Part shown: piece after piece, positions 1 through 13,695 of the stretch
Layout of the letters: every line of letters starts with the position of its first letter
How positions within the stretch are numbered: the stretch's first letter is position 1
Source of the DNA: Rhizophagus irregularis
Taxonomy: Eukaryota
Assembly (NCBI RefSeq): GCF_026210795.1
Contig: NC_089430.1
Span: 3,224,001-3,288,000, forward strand
Length of the DNA stretch: 64,000 bases
Direction of reading: 5' to 3'
The notes under the pieces: generated by a model
The model's database searches: none
What the model saw: the letters and a program-made list of their open reading frames with translations, nothing else
What the model was told of the DNA's origin: nothing
Position numbers and translations under genes: made by a program

Positions 1-761
1 ATTACAAACAATAATAATTTAGTCAAATGAAGAATTCCAGGAAGGAACGAGGATGCTTTGTCTAATTGAAAATATTTTTTTATTTTATTTTATTTTTTAT
101 ATTTTTATTTTTATTTTATTTTATTTTTTTATTTTTTATTTTTCTATTTGTGATTATTCATCGTATCCTATGTTCATTCATAAATGGTATTTTCGAATAT
201 ACTTATCCTTATTATCATAGCGAGTTTTCTTAAAGCGTACCTGTGGCACCTCATCTGACTTGGGAAGTGTCGCTGAATCTAAAGCAAGGTCCGGTTAATC
301 CTCAACTTTGGGTTATGAGTTATGATTTAAGCATATAGTAATTTAATTTGACTTACATACCAAAAACAAAAATTTGTGTATATTTTCATTTTAATTTTTT
401 TGAAAAAATAATATTATCGTATTTAGCTCATTAATCTAATTTATCATATGTTAATATAGAAAATTTTATTAATCAGTTTTTGATATCTTATTAAATACCT
501 TATCCGTAATTAAATTGTTACTGTAATAAAGTAATCAGTACCGTAACTTGTTTATTAATAAAAAATAAACTGTAATCTATAGCTTTATCAAACCATGATA
601 TTTTTAATTTAATCAATCAATTTTTAAAAAAATTAAATGAAAATGTTTGAATTCTGATTTTTATTAAAGTCTGATTAGTATTTTTTACGATAAACCTATT
701 TAGGCAAAAGTGTAATAATTGTAAAATTTATTTTTTTGATTTTTTATTTTTTGATTTAGAT

Positions 762-1908
762 TTATTTTTCTTTTTTTTCCTTTGGTTTGTTATTTTTGTT
801 ATTTACGACATTATTATCAACATCATCATCGGCACCATTGTTGTCTTGAATAATGCTTTCATCAGTATCATAATCATAAACCGGAATATTTTTGGTTAAA
901 CGGTTGAATTTTTCAAGTGCTTCTCTATTCAAACACCAGCTTGGTGCACCGGCAGGTGGCACACTAGCTGTTTCTATTTTGTCTAGAACTCTTTTACATT
1001 TTAAGTTTGGTGGTTTTTTCCTTAATAACTCTACCGTTGGATCAATACAATCATGTAATAAACGTTGAAGCTTAAATAAAGAAATTAAACTATAAATTAG
1101 TGTTTATACTTTAATAAAATATACATACAGCAGAAGATCTCCATCATCTTTCATAAATATATATCGAATTTTTTTTTGTGACTACTTCTTCTTCATCATT
1201 TTCATCATCTTTATCATCTTCGTCGGTTTCCTCCCATTCTTCGGAATGGTAGCCTGAATCTTTTAAAATTTAAACTAGATCCTTTTCAGGATATCGGCGA
1301 ATGTACTTATCTTTGTTTTGTATTAGGTAATTGGCCGCGTTTGTTCTTCTTTTTTTTTTCTAACAATGTTAATTATAAAGCACAATATAATTAATTTAAA
1401 AAAAAAACTAAATTTAATAGCTTCTGTTAATTAAATAATTTACATCCTGCATCCTTGAATTCTTCATTGCTCTTCTTTTGTTACGTTTTATTTGGGCTTC
1501 CCCTTGCTTTCTAATATTACTAACGTGATGGCGAGATCGCCAACGTCCATATAACATCTTAAATAAATCACTATTTGAGACTTTATATTTTTTATTTACA
1601 AGTTTGTAAAGTGGTGGAAGCAACTTGGTGACTATGTTATCTTTTTACTCAGCCCATGTGAGCTCATAGTTAATACTGTATACGTCTTTTAGCTCAGAGT
1701 CACTCCAAATAAACACTTCTTTCTGTAAAATAATAGATAAATGTAAATAGAATAAAAGCAGAAATAATATATAAAATAATCAAATACTTGCTTTTATCGT
1801 GTTATAAGAACTTTTAGAAAAGGAAGAAGAAGAAGAAGAGGAGGAGGAGGAGGAGGAGGAGGATGATGATGATGATTCATCACTAGATGATACATTATCA
1901 CCATTCAT
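762..1908 (-). pseudogene. Multi-exon hypothetical gene divergent from the CACTA transposase (probable TE accessory protein)
   Basis: ATG at 1908 (MNGDNVSSSDESSS...). ORF-track pieces 1414-1623 and 762-962 are separated by GT-AG bounded AT-rich gaps. At least one in-frame stop near 1270. Confidence 0.5.
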
Positions 1909-2699
1909 TGTTACGAAGTATAAAATCTTTTTGTTATTTTGTAAAATAAAAAAATCCCATATAAAGTAGAGATTTCAGAACGCGAGAAAAGTTGATTGTG
2001 TGCAAATTTATAATGATTTTGGAGATTTCAGGATGCAGATCAAGGCTCAGAGGTAGCAACGCGTTTGCGCAATTCTCACCAGGTGAAAGTAACGTGCTCA
2101 TAAAATTCTTGTGCAATTCTTTTGTATGATAAGGATTATTAAAAGCTCATTTCTGAACGTCTTGATTACTAACTATTAAAAGTGATAGAATAAAAAATAT
2201 ATTTTATACATTTTAATAAAAATGAGTAATAAAAAATGTAACTCTGTATCTGAATTAATAAAGAGTAATAAAAAACGTAAAGTTGAAACCTCTGAAACCT
2301 TTGTGGCTGATTTAATAAAGCCCAAAAAAAAGTATTTGTATATTTGCAATTGTGCTCGTTGCAAAGGTGCAGAAGTTGATTCTCGCACTCAAGAGAAACA
2401 TACGTATAATGATAGTTTGTGGGAATCGAGATCAAAAGATTCTAGAAAAAATCAGGAAAATACCATCATGATAAGAAAGAAAAAAACATCATCTGTTAAT
2501 AATACATATATAAATACAGAAATAAAATTGAACATATCAAAAAAGCGAGAAAGAAATAATTACTCCGGTACATCTAGTCCAGATCAGGACTCTTCCCATC
2601 CTGGTCCCTCTTTCCAATATATTGAAGAAAATATAACATTATTTTCATCAAAACCTTCATGTTTTCATATTCCAGCACCTACAATTGATGAAAATAATG

Positions 2700-2930
2700 A
2701 TGAAATCAATTATTTTGGTGAGAATTATAATGTAGATAATATAAATGAGGGGGAAGAGAATGATGATGTAAATAATATGGATGAGGAAGAGAATGATGAT
2801 GTGGATGAGGGAGAGGAGAATAATGATGCAAATAATATGGATGGGGAAGAGAATGATGATGTGAATGAAGGAGAGGAGAATGATGATGTAGATAATATAT
2901 ATGGATGAGGAAGAGAATGATGATGTGGAT
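2700..2930 (+). repeat. Imperfect tandem coding repeat for an acidic (D/E/N) tract
   Basis: Repeated GATGAGG(A/G)AGAGAATGATGATGT units encoding EEENDDV-like peptides; the pattern continues after the MITE at 3704-3740. Confidence 0.75.
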
Positions 2931-3703
2931 AGCATAGCAGACATCCTCATTTTATCACAATTTTGACGATCATTTGTCGATCACTTATTCAATCTTATCA
3001 TATAGAATAATACCGTTATTTATAAATTTTGCGTATGCGTAATAATACATGCTCAAATTTTGCAAATAAACTTACTTTTAATACACAAATTTGTGTATTA
3101 TTATTTAACATTTTTTAGATTTAAATTTATATTAAATTAATGTAAATTTGAGATAAATTTAAATTTAAGCAAAAAAATAATTAGTAGCGTATATTTATTA
3201 AAATTTATGCATTTATAATATTGATTTAATTTTGTGACTCAAGCTTTGTGGCATTTATTTAATTACGTAAATAAATTTTGTGGCATTAAATCATTAAAGT
3301 TCATGATATTTATTTATTAAATTTTATAATATTATACACTAAATTCTCTACTGATAAAACTTCTGCATTATGGGTTATATAATTGCATTATTTTTGTCAT
3401 AAATTATACATAATATAAGAAGTAATTTTACAAAGTTTTAAGTTTCTGCCATGAATATTCGGCTTTTGCCATCAATTTTAAGTTGATGATTCCAAATAAT
3501 CACATATCAATAATCTATAATGTAAAAATTAAAAAATCATGCAAATCGTCATATAATTCAAAGCTGTATAACAACATGACGCTTTTCATTTTGTCTAGTT
3601 ATTTATTTCATCATATTTTTTTCAAAAATTAGTTTTTTTAATAAAATACAAATATATGATCGGCAAATGATTGGCAAGGTGATATAAGGATGTCCGCTAT
3701 GCT
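2931..3703. mobile_element. Non-autonomous TIR element (773 bp) inside the CACTA transposase gene
   Basis: Left AGCATAGCAGACATCCT; reverse complement of right AGCATAGCGGACATCCT; further inverted match GATCATTTGTCGATCA/AATCATTTGCCGATCA. Flanks GATGTGGAT (2922-2930) and GATATGGAT (3704-3712) may be a 9-bp TSD. Confidence 0.85.
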
Positions 3704-6700
3704 GATATGGATGAAGGAGAGAAGAATGATGATGTAGAAGATTTTTTCGCATCTCCTAAGATTGACAATGACAATGAAGAAGCATTTATAGTGGAAAGCT
3801 TAAGTAATTCTATTAATACTGAGATTATAATATGGCTATTTAAATTTCAACAAAGATTTCGATTGCCTAATATTGCACTTGAATCCTTAATAAAATTTTT
3901 TCATATAATTCTTATGCGCTTTGATAAGTTGCAATTTGAAAATTTTCCTACCTCATTATATATGGCAAAAATATGGTTAAACATTTTTCAACTGAAAATA
4001 CAATTAGCTGCATGTACCAATTGCCATAAATTGCATAATGTTAAAGATATTATTGCATATAAGGAAGAAGGAAAAGTTGCTATAATGAATTGCCCGTATA
4101 AAGAGTATCCAAATAATCCAATATCAAGTCGTAATCACCAATGCAATAATTCACTTTCCATTCTCAAAAAAAATAAAAATGCAACAATTGCGGTACCTCG
4201 CATGCTTTATCCTAAGCCAAACATTCATCAGCAATTGAGTATTTTATATCAACGACCAGATTTTGAGAACATGTTAAAATTATCAGGGATTCAAAAAAAT
4301 GAAAATAATATCTATTCAGATATTTACAATGGTAAGGTATGGAAAAATTTTCCATTTGATGGTAGTACCTTTTTTACAACAGAGACTGCCACAACTCATC
4401 TAGGTCTTCTCCTTAATCTTGATTGGTTCCAACCATTCTCCTACACGCAGCATAGTACTAGCGCTATTTATGTGTCTATTTGCAATCTTCCAAGGTCAGA
4501 AAGGAATAAGCCCGAAAATATTATATATTTGGGTTTCTTACCAGGACCAAAAGAGGCAGGGTTGGAACGCATTAATCATTATCTAACTCCTATTGTAGAT
4601 GAGTTATTAGAACTTTGGAAGGGGTGGAAAGTACCAAAAACTCACCAATTTTCCAATGGTTTAGAAATAAAAGTTGCGTTAATTGTTGGATCGTCTGATA
4701 TTCCAGCTACACGAAAGTTATTTGGTCATAGATCTGCAGTAATGAAATGCTATAGGTGTGATAAACGTACCACTTATAGCGAGGAATTTAGAAAAACTCA
4801 TTACGGAGGAATGCAAGACTATAATGAATGGGTAACAAAGCCTGCAGATCTTTTATTACATAGGCAATATGCTCATGAATGGTTGCAATGTAACTCAAAG
4901 TCCTCCAGAGAAGCACATTTTAAAGTACATGGTATAAGATGGACTGAAGTGCTTTGCCTACCATACATGGATCCTATACGATTTGCTGTAGTGGATCCTA
5001 TGCATTGTCTTTTCCTCGATGTTGCAAAATGGATAATCAAATCCATTTTTGTAAACCAAAAAAAATTAACTATGGAACAACTTCGTGTAGCATAAAACAG
5101 AATGGATAATATTGATTTACCTTCTGACATTGGTAGAATTCCTCCAAAGATTGCAATCGGAAATGATGGGTTTTCTAACTTAACTGCTAATCAATGGAAG
5201 ACCTTTATTATGATTTATTCTACATCTATATTATGGGATATGCTAGATGATAATGATAGAAAAATCTTAGGGCATTTTGTTCGAACTTGTAATCTTTTAG
5301 TAGCAAGATTTATTACAGATGATGATTTGAAGGAGGCGCAAGAGAGGTTAAAAGATATGGCCTACCATATAGAATATACATATGGACCAGAATTTATAAC
5401 AAGCAATATACATCTCGCACTTCATATCCCTGATTGCTGTCGTGATTATGGTCCTATATATAGTTTTTAGCTTTTCCCGTTTGAAAGACTTAATGGATAT
5501 ATAGGTAAATTTGCTTCAGTGTCTTTCAATTGTCTTTAGTACCTTTATTAAAAAAATTCCTGTTATTTAGGATCATATCCTAATAGTAACCGACAAATAG
5601 AACCTGAATTAATAAAAATTGTTCTTAAAAACACTTTGGTGGATTATCACTTATCATGTAAATGGACATCTGGCCTTCTAGATGAATCTCTCCATCTTCT
5701 TGTACCAAAAAAAGCTGTAGGAAGTTTAGCAATCACAGCAGAAAGGAAGGAACTGCAGCATTTTCTATTCATGAGACATAATACGTCTATGATTTCCAAA
5801 ATATATGGCACTGAACCATTACCTGGACAAATGCTTAACTCATCATATATCAATGTCGTTATGCCTTTGGAGTTGTGAGGATTTCTATATGAATGGTATG
5901 CAATATTATATGAAAGGGAAAAAGAAGATGTGTTAGGATTTATGGATTTGCATATGAATCAGCATGCAAGACTACAAATTGGCGCCAAAATATTTGGATC
6001 TATGATTTCTGGTCGCCATAAAAAAAATGCGAATATATTTGCAAAATGGAAAGCAGCTAATGATGATTCAGTTGACACTTATCCGGGTGAAGTCCAATAT
6101 TATTTCGAGCATGCCCTTAGATTTCCAGAAGGAACGAAAACTCACCTCCTAGCATATGTCAAGTGGTATAAACCTGCACTTTCTTCTAGTATTCGGTTTA
6201 AACATAGTTTTATGGAGCCAGAAATATCAAATACTGAATTATGGAAAGCCGAATACTTTCAAGAAGGTTGTGATTCCCTGTTAGCAGTTCATAGGATATT
6301 ATGTCGAGCTACAAAATTTAGAAATATTACGGTAGGAAAACAAAAATATTTGTCGATTATACATTTGAATAGAAGATTTAACTTGTAGTATACCACACCA
6401 AATAAAGAAAATAATAACACATTTGATATCCATTTCAAGCTTAGTGATAATCGTGTATAATATAAGCAAGAAGATAGTATGTCTCGTGACTTTCATCAAA
6501 TGAAAAATTATTAATCACGTATTATATAAGCATAATTTTTGCTCAACGAATTCGTTTAACGTGCTCAACATTAATTCAACATTTGAAAATTAACATTAAA
6601 TCAATCTGAGATGTAAAATTAATGAAATTAATTAATTTTTTTTCACATTAGTAAGTCGTAATAAATAAATGTTAATTTTTACGTAAGAATAATACCGGGC

Positions 6701-7660
6701 CTAATTTACAAAATTTTTAATCACTTTTAATGGCTAATTTTTTTTTGTACAATGGAAAACAATGGAAGATCGACATTTTAATCACTTTTAATGGACAAGA
6801 GACGGAATTTTACGAATTCTATATTTTGTGAATTTTATAATATAATATCATGAATCAACGAAATCATTTTGAAATGGTGTTACATTAAAAATTGTACTAA
6901 TAATTAAAAAATGAAATGATGTAATATCATGATAATTGAATGGCATAATTAGAATTATTACAAGAACTTTCTCGCATTTTTTTGATAATCAATACTAATT
7001 AATAATCAATACATATTTTTTTTTATAATCAATACATATTTTTTTATCAAATATGTTTTCAAATATTCTAAACAATTTTTTAACAAAATTTCAAACAATG
7101 TCCTCATCTTCAACTGATTCAACCACCGTCAATGATACCAATACCATCAATGTCAATACTACCTCCATTTTCGACACTATAACTTATTCTTCTGGCCGGG
7201 TGGAGTGGTCGGATGACCAAATCGCTGCTTTGATTGAGCAGCAGAGGTCAAGAAACTTCGAGTACCATTATCAAATTGCAGGAAGAAGTAGAAAAAATTT
7301 CTGGAATTCCGTTGCGAATAAAGTAAATGAGAGGTGTGGGAGCAATTATTCGGGCAAACAGTGCCAAACAAAATTCAATGGATTAGTGACCGGTTATCAC
7401 GTGAGTTAAATATCAATAAAAATTTGTTGTAATAGTAATTTTAATACTTATTAATACTTATTTAACACTTAATACTTTAGGATCAATTATTAGTGATTGC
7501 AAACGATCCGAGAGGGGTAGAGCTCCAAACAGGTCAGCCAAATTCAGGTAACCTGACTTGACCTGACCTGAAATTCAGGTCAGGTATGAGATTTTTAAAA
7601 AAAATTCAGGTCAGGTATGAAGATTGACCTGACCTGATTGACCTGTTGACCTGAAACTAT

Positions 7661-7980
7661 TGATTCTACTATATAATAAAAGTGAGTTGCAGTATTGCGA
7701 TTCACTTTTTTATATTGATTTTATATAATAAAAGTGAGTTGCAGTATTGCGATTCACTTTTTTATATAGATTCTATATAAAAAAAGTGAGTTGCGGTATT
7801 GCGATTCACTTTTTTATATTGATTTTATATAATAAAAGTGAGTTGAAATATTGCGATTCACTTTTTTATATTGATTTTATATAATAAAAGTGAGTTGCGA
7901 TATCGCAACTCACTTTTTTATATTAATTCTATATAAAAAAAAGTGAATTGCAGTATTAGGATTCACTTTTTTATATGATT
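7661..7980. repeat. Six ~52-bp tandem units, each an imperfect palindrome
   Basis: AGTGAG/AGTGAA recurs at 7681, 7733, 7785, 7837, 7889 and 7942. Unit ATATAATAAAAGTGAGTTGCAGTATTGCGATTCACTTTTTTATAT. Confidence 0.9.
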
Positions 7981-8014
7981 TTAATATGAAAATGTTGAAT
8001 CGCAATATTTTGAG

Positions 8015-8265
8015 AAAAAACGTTGCGAAAACATTTTTTTCATAATATTATATTAAAAAAAATGTTTCGTAATGTTTTTTTTTTTGATATTTTAATAATA
8101 ACGTTGCAAAAACATTTTTTTCATAATGTTATATTTAAAAAAATGTTTTGCAATATTTTTTTTCAATATTTTAATAAAAAACGTTGCAAAAAACGTTTTT
8201 TTTCATAATATTATATTAAAAAAAAAAGTTTTGTACCATTTTTTTTCAATACTTTAATAAAAATA
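8015..8265. repeat. Three ~80-bp tandem units
   Basis: AACGTTGC(G/A)AAA recurs at ~8019, 8100 and 8180. Confidence 0.8.
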
Positions 8266-9208
8266 GTCCTGAAATTTTTCAGGTTTCAGGTCAGGTCAGG
8301 TCAAACAGACAACCTGATATAACCTGACCTGACCTGACCTGACCTGAAAAAAAATTTCAGGTCAGGTTTATCAATTAACCTGACCTGACCTGACCCATTC
8401 GGAGCTCTAGAGAGGGCAAGAAGCCGTGCTGGTGCCATTTTTTTTGAAGTCATGAATACACGGTTTTGGGAGAAACCAGGTAAGAACTTTTAAATCTAAC
8501 AACATTATATAATCAACAAAATGATTATATTAAAGAGGTAAATTGTTTTATTTAATATGATTTAATATGTTTCTAGATGATCAGTTTGTACAGGCTTCAA
8601 TTGGTGTTAATATAACTCAACGCAGACGAAACAGAAGGAATGGTATGTAAAGTATAAAAGTTTAATCAAATTATAAATTTTTATTGATTTTCTTAATTAT
8701 TTTATAGCACGTGGAAGCCAGAATACTCAAAATACGAATACTCTAAATACAGAAGATCGAAATGGTAAGTACAAAATTTATTAATTTTTTTTTTCTTTTT
8801 TAGTCGTAAATACAAAATTTATTAATTTCTTTTCCTTTTTTAGTCGATAATGATGAATGAGTTTTTTATTTTCATTCATGGAATAATAATTCACATTCTG
8901 ATATCCTTCAAAGCTATAATAAATACATAAAATAATAGCATGTTTGTAATTATTATATTAAATAAAAAAGTCTTCAAATAATGCTAAACTTAATGATTTG
9001 ATGCAAGAATCAAATAATACTTAATAATTGATACATGACTATCATCAAAATTTTCAGCGCCACTAAAAATTAAAGCCTTTTCTATAAGATCCTTAAATGA
9101 TATCCAATGCTCTTAAAAATTGTTTTCGTTATGCTAATTAATTTATTGGTCCCTTTCAATTACTGATCATCTGGCAGACTGCCATACACCAATTTTTTTT
9201 CACACGTG

Positions 9209-11956
9209 GTTTATCCATAGTGCACAAATAATAGTGCACATTTTCGTGCACAAAAAATTTTATTCTGTGCACAAAAAAATTTGATATGCATTGTATATAT
9301 ATTCGTATTAGATAAACGATATGATAATCTAATTTTCTTTTTTTTAAGCGTAATAAGAATGGAAGATATCACAAAATATCTAAAATAATTATACTTCTCA
9401 AGAGAAAAAAACTGACAAACCAACAAAAAAAAGAAGTCGAAATGATAAAAATACAGAGGTTATTCAAATTAGTGATGTTGAAGATAATGAAATTAATAGT
9501 GAAGGAGAATTAAATGAGATTATTTAAGGTGAAAAATAAAAATAAAAAAAAATAAATATTCACGTTTAGAAAAAGATAACCTTAAATGGAATCCATCTTG
9601 GCCTTTCAAATATCCATGGTTATATTGTGAAAAAAGAAATGGAAAAGAAGTTATGTTTTGTAAAATATGCAAAAATGCAAATAGTTCTAGTGTGTGGACA
9701 ACTACTGGTTTGGAGTGGTTAAAGGAAGATTGTATTGAAAGGCATATAAAAGCAATTAATGCAAAAAATTCAGATCAGTTGACAATTAAAGAAGGCTTTA
9801 TGCAACAAATGAACCATAATCAAGCATTAATTATTTGTTGTATGCGTAATGTATATTATTTAACACAACGTAATATAGCACTTAATAATTATGGATCTCT
9901 TTGTGATTTAATTACATATCAAATTAATTATCAATATCAAACTGGGGATGAAAATTTTATCCAAAATCTTCGTCCACCTCTTCTTCAAAATCATTCTGAA
10001 ATTACAACTTCATCATCTTCAACTAATAATTATGCACTTTATAAAAATGCAGTTGCAGAAAGAGAATTACTTTTTTCTATAATTACTATTGTTGAAGAAA
10101 GCGTTGTTGCTGAGGTTAAAGAATCACCATGTTAGAGTTTACTTATTGATGAAAGCAATACAAATGTTATATCTGAAAAAACTATTGCATTAGTTTCGAA
10201 ACATTTAGTAAATGGTGGACCTATTTTCGTTTTCTTGGATTGACACAAATAACAGATGCATCGGCTGATAGATTATGAATGTAATAAACCTTTTTATAAC
10301 TCAAAAAGAACTGGATATAACGAAATTAAGACATTTTGGTAGTGACGGAGCTGCAACTATGACAGGTAATTATTAAATAATAATTAATTAATCAAAAATA
10401 TATAATTTAATAATATATATATATATATATATTTTATCATTTTACTTAGGCATTCGTAATGGTGTTGCAACTCAACTAAAAAAACTTAATAATTTTATTT
10501 CAACACATTGTGTTGCACATCACTTACACTTAGCTTCAGAAGAAGCTGCAAATGAAACACCATATTTCGCACATTATAAAACTATAATTAAAGGAATTTA
10601 TTCTTATTTTTCTAATTTATATAAGCGAATGTATGAATTAAAAAAAATCAAAGAAGATATGGAAGTTTCTGATTTAACAATTCTTAATGTATGTGATACG
10701 CGATGGCTATCATGGTCTAATGTAATTAACAATTTTCACCAAATAATTGAACCCATTCAAAAAGCATTACAACGTGATGTTAATTCATCTAATACGGCTA
10801 AATTCTTATTTAACGCAATGTGGATACCGAATTTCTTATTATTACAAAATTTTTTGCTGATATTTTTTTTTATTTTAAAAAAAATTATATTGGTTTTTCA
10901 ATTTGATTATATTTCTTTATGATCACAACTCGAAATGGCATATGAATCTATAACCGCAAATTTTATTAGATCTGCAGATGTCTTACCGAAGTATGGTACC
11001 CATTTGCGAAAGTTAATAGATGAGTTAGAATTACACCCTGAAGATTTGCCAGGCTAGTTTATTTTTAACTTATTTATTAAATTAATTACTAATAAATTTT
11101 TGCTCAATTATGTTTGTTAATTAGATTTTATTAAACATTATGCTGAAAAAGTTATTACAAATTTGTGAAAAAGATTTCCTAATGAAAATTTATATTATTC
11201 TTTACGAATTTTTGATCTTCATGAAGTGCCGCTTGATAAAAATGCATAAAAATGCTTTACAAAACTATGTGAAGAAGATCTTTCGGATCTTATACATTTT
11301 TATGGAAAGAAAAAAAGAATTAATAATGATGAGCATTTATTAATTGATGACGAAGAAGTTAAGAAAGAATGGGATTTGGCTAAAAATCTAATTGCGTCAT
11401 ATAGATTTGCCAAAGGATGTAAATTTACTGAATGTTGGTATAAAATCTTTAATACTACTCATTTCCGAAACCAATTCCCTAATCTTATTATTCTTATTGA
11501 TTTGTCATTAATTATACCTTTTTCTAACACTGTGGTGGAGCGTGTATTTTCTAGGCAAAATTTAATCAAAACAAACTGACATTCGAAACAGAGTGCATAT
11601 TGATACTATTAATATGCATTTACATGTTTCTTTAAATGGCCCTCAAAAATTTGAAAATTTCAATTATTTAGCAGCTTACAATCATTGGGTTTCTAAAGAT
11701 CGGGCAATTTAATAATTATAGTGATTTATTTTTCATTTTTTTGGAACATTTTAGTGTAATTAATTATATTTTATAAATAAAATCTATAATATAATTAGGA
11801 ATTTAGGATTTAAAAGTTAGGACGTTTTATATTATAAATTAATATAGTGCACATTTTTGTGCACAAAAATTTTTAAAAATTGAGTTCGTGACGTGCACAA
11901 AAAAAAAAATTCTTATGTGCACGTGTGCACATTTTTTTTCCAGATTTTATACACTG
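9209..11956 (+). mobile_element. hAT element (ZNF862-like clade); left end uncertain
   Basis: Clusters of GTGCAC(A) subterminal repeats at 9219-9275 and 11846-11930 flank a hAT transposase pseudogene. Right end probably ...TATACACTG at 11956; no matching TSD found. Confidence 0.65.
9359..11713 (+). pseudogene. hAT transposase (ZNF862-like) with stops and frameshifts
   Basis: YPWL..MFCKIC zinc finger, SLLIDESNT, FGSDGAATMTG|IRNGV, HCVAHHLHL, CDTRWLS, and dimerisation motif PFSNTVVERVFSRQNLIKT. Two introns (~10367-10450, ~11053-11124). Confidence 0.88.
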
Positions 11957-12496
11957 GTTGGAAAGTTGGAAACATATTTTTTGTAAAATAATTTTTATCT
12001 TTTGTATAGGTCACTAAAATCACATGACATTTATGCATGTATATTATCGCCATTTTCGATTTGGTTGAATCTGCACTATGTCGATCAATTATAATAAAAT
12101 TGGCGAAAACTCGTGATTTTGTAAAGTAGTACATATAAAACTTTATGCTTTGCTTATCAACATGCAAATTTTTTGTATTACGCATGATGATTGAGTTATA
12201 ACGCGTATGTTTTTGTACTTTCTTTGAATTTTTTTTCTATTTATTAGAAGATTACTAGCGATTCAACATTCGGTTCACATTATATATTGCAATCACTACA
12301 ATTATAACGCTTGTTCAACTAAAGTTTTGAACTGAAATATTTATTTCTTGATAGAAAAGACCTTGTGTATGTATTTTTTAGATTTATTTCGCTTCCATTT
12401 GTTAGATTTACTTCAACATTAGGTTCTATACTATATTTATGATTATTTCTGCTTATTCAACTAAAATTTTATCTTATTTATAAATAGAAATACCTC

Positions 12497-13594
12497 ATGC
12501 CTAAAGAATTTAGTGAGGATTTACGATGGAGAGTAGTATATTTATATACCGATGGTTTCTCTATTATAGATATTGCTAATACATTATATATGAGCAAGTC
12601 TTCTGTAACTAGAATAATAAATATTTATGAAAAATGGGCGTGTGTTACCAATCCATATAAAGGGATTTCTGGAAGAAGAAAGCTTTTCAGTAGAAATGAT
12701 ATGTATATACTCCAAAATCTCATTAGAGATAAAGTTAACTGGTATTTAGACGAGTTGGTGAGTGAGATGGAAAATCTTACAGGAAAAAGAGCTTCTATTG
12801 CAACACTCTGGAGATCACTTCATTATTTAGGAATTACCAGAAAAAAGGTATTGAAAATTTTAATTTTCAGAAAAAAATTAGTAACTGCATATTCTAATTA
12901 TAGTTTTTTTTTTTATAAAGTTACAAAAAGAAGCATATGAGAGAAGTGAAATTATGCGTGCACATTATTTAGGAATTATTGGTGAGCATTATACTCCAAA
13001 TCAATTAATCTTTATTGATGAAAGTGCTAAGGATGAGAGAAGTTTGTCAAGATTATATGGATATTCTCCTAGAAATATACGTGCATGCAAAAAAGTGGTA
13101 TTTGTACGAGGAAAAAGATATACAATCTTGCCTGCTCTTACTTTAGATGGATTTGTTGCAGTTGATGTGTTTGAAGGGGCATGTGATAAAAATAAATTCG
13201 TTAAATTTGTACTTGATCAAGTGGTATGTAAAATTATAATATTATTTTAAAATTATAACTTATATAAATTCTCAATATTTCAATATAGGTTCCTGTAATG
13301 AATCCCTATCCTGGTAATAATAGCGTTATTATAATGGATAATGCCAGAATACATTATGATGATGATCTTATTTCGCTATTAGAAGGATTGGGATGTCACG
13401 TAATTTTTCTTCCACCTTATTCTCCTGATTATAACCCTATAGAAACAGCATTTTCAATAATTAAATCATGGATTAAACGTAATTATGATTTTATGGATGC
13501 TTGTAATGATCCAATATATGCTTTATTAATTGCATGCAGTCAAATTACACCTCAAATGGCACAATCATTTTTTAAGTCATCAATTTATTTGTAA
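12497..13594 (+). CDS. IS630/Tc1 DD34E transposase, 3 exons, 319 aa, open after splicing
   Basis: Exons 12497-12847, 12921-13223 and 13289-13594 join in frame through GT-AG introns. HTH N-terminus (SEDLRWRVV), IFIDES, IMDNARIH, LPPYSPDYNPIE with 34 residues between D and E. Confidence 0.92.
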
Positions 13595-13695
13595 AAAATT
13601 TATTATAAAAAATAAAATAAAATTAGAATATCAATTTTATTAGTAAACAATTTTTTATTATATTTTATAATGAAATACAAAAATATACTAATCAA

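Larger units (their letters stand above)
2222..6388 (+). pseudogene. CACTA/En-Spm (CMC) TnpD-type transposase (Transposase_21/Tnp2-like), disrupted
   Basis: Motifs LNLDWFQPF, CNLPRSERNKPENI..GFLPGPKE, SDIPATRKL, VDPMHCLF, HLALHIPDCCRDYGPIYSF(W)LFPFER, YVKWY. Stops at 5093 (TAA), 5468 (TAG) and 5876 (TGA); intron ~5505-5570; MITE at 2931-3703. Confidence 0.9.
7518..8409. mobile_element. hAT-type MITE (892 bp) with subterminal ACCTG/CAGGT pentamers and internal palindromic tandem arrays
   Basis: TIRs TAGAGCTCCAAACAGGTCAG and (reverse complement) TAGAGCTCCGAATGGGTCAG. TSD GAGAGGGG (7510-7517) / GAGAGGG(C) (8410-8417). Confidence 0.9.
7053..8860 (+). pseudogene. Myb/SANT-like (trihelix/MADF-type) DNA-binding protein gene, 5 exons, interrupted by a hAT MITE
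   Basis: VEWSDDQIAALI...FWNSVANKVNERCGSNYSGKQCQTKFNGL. Exons ~7053-7400, 7481-7517+8417-8479, 8578-8642, 8708-8764, 8843-8860. Removing the MITE restores DPRGARSRAGAIFFEVMNTRFWEKP. Confidence 0.8.

Noticed and set aside
7661..7980. CRISPR-like array of palindromic repeats
   Set aside because: Units are contiguous with no unique spacers, there are no cas genes, and the array lies inside a eukaryotic MITE.
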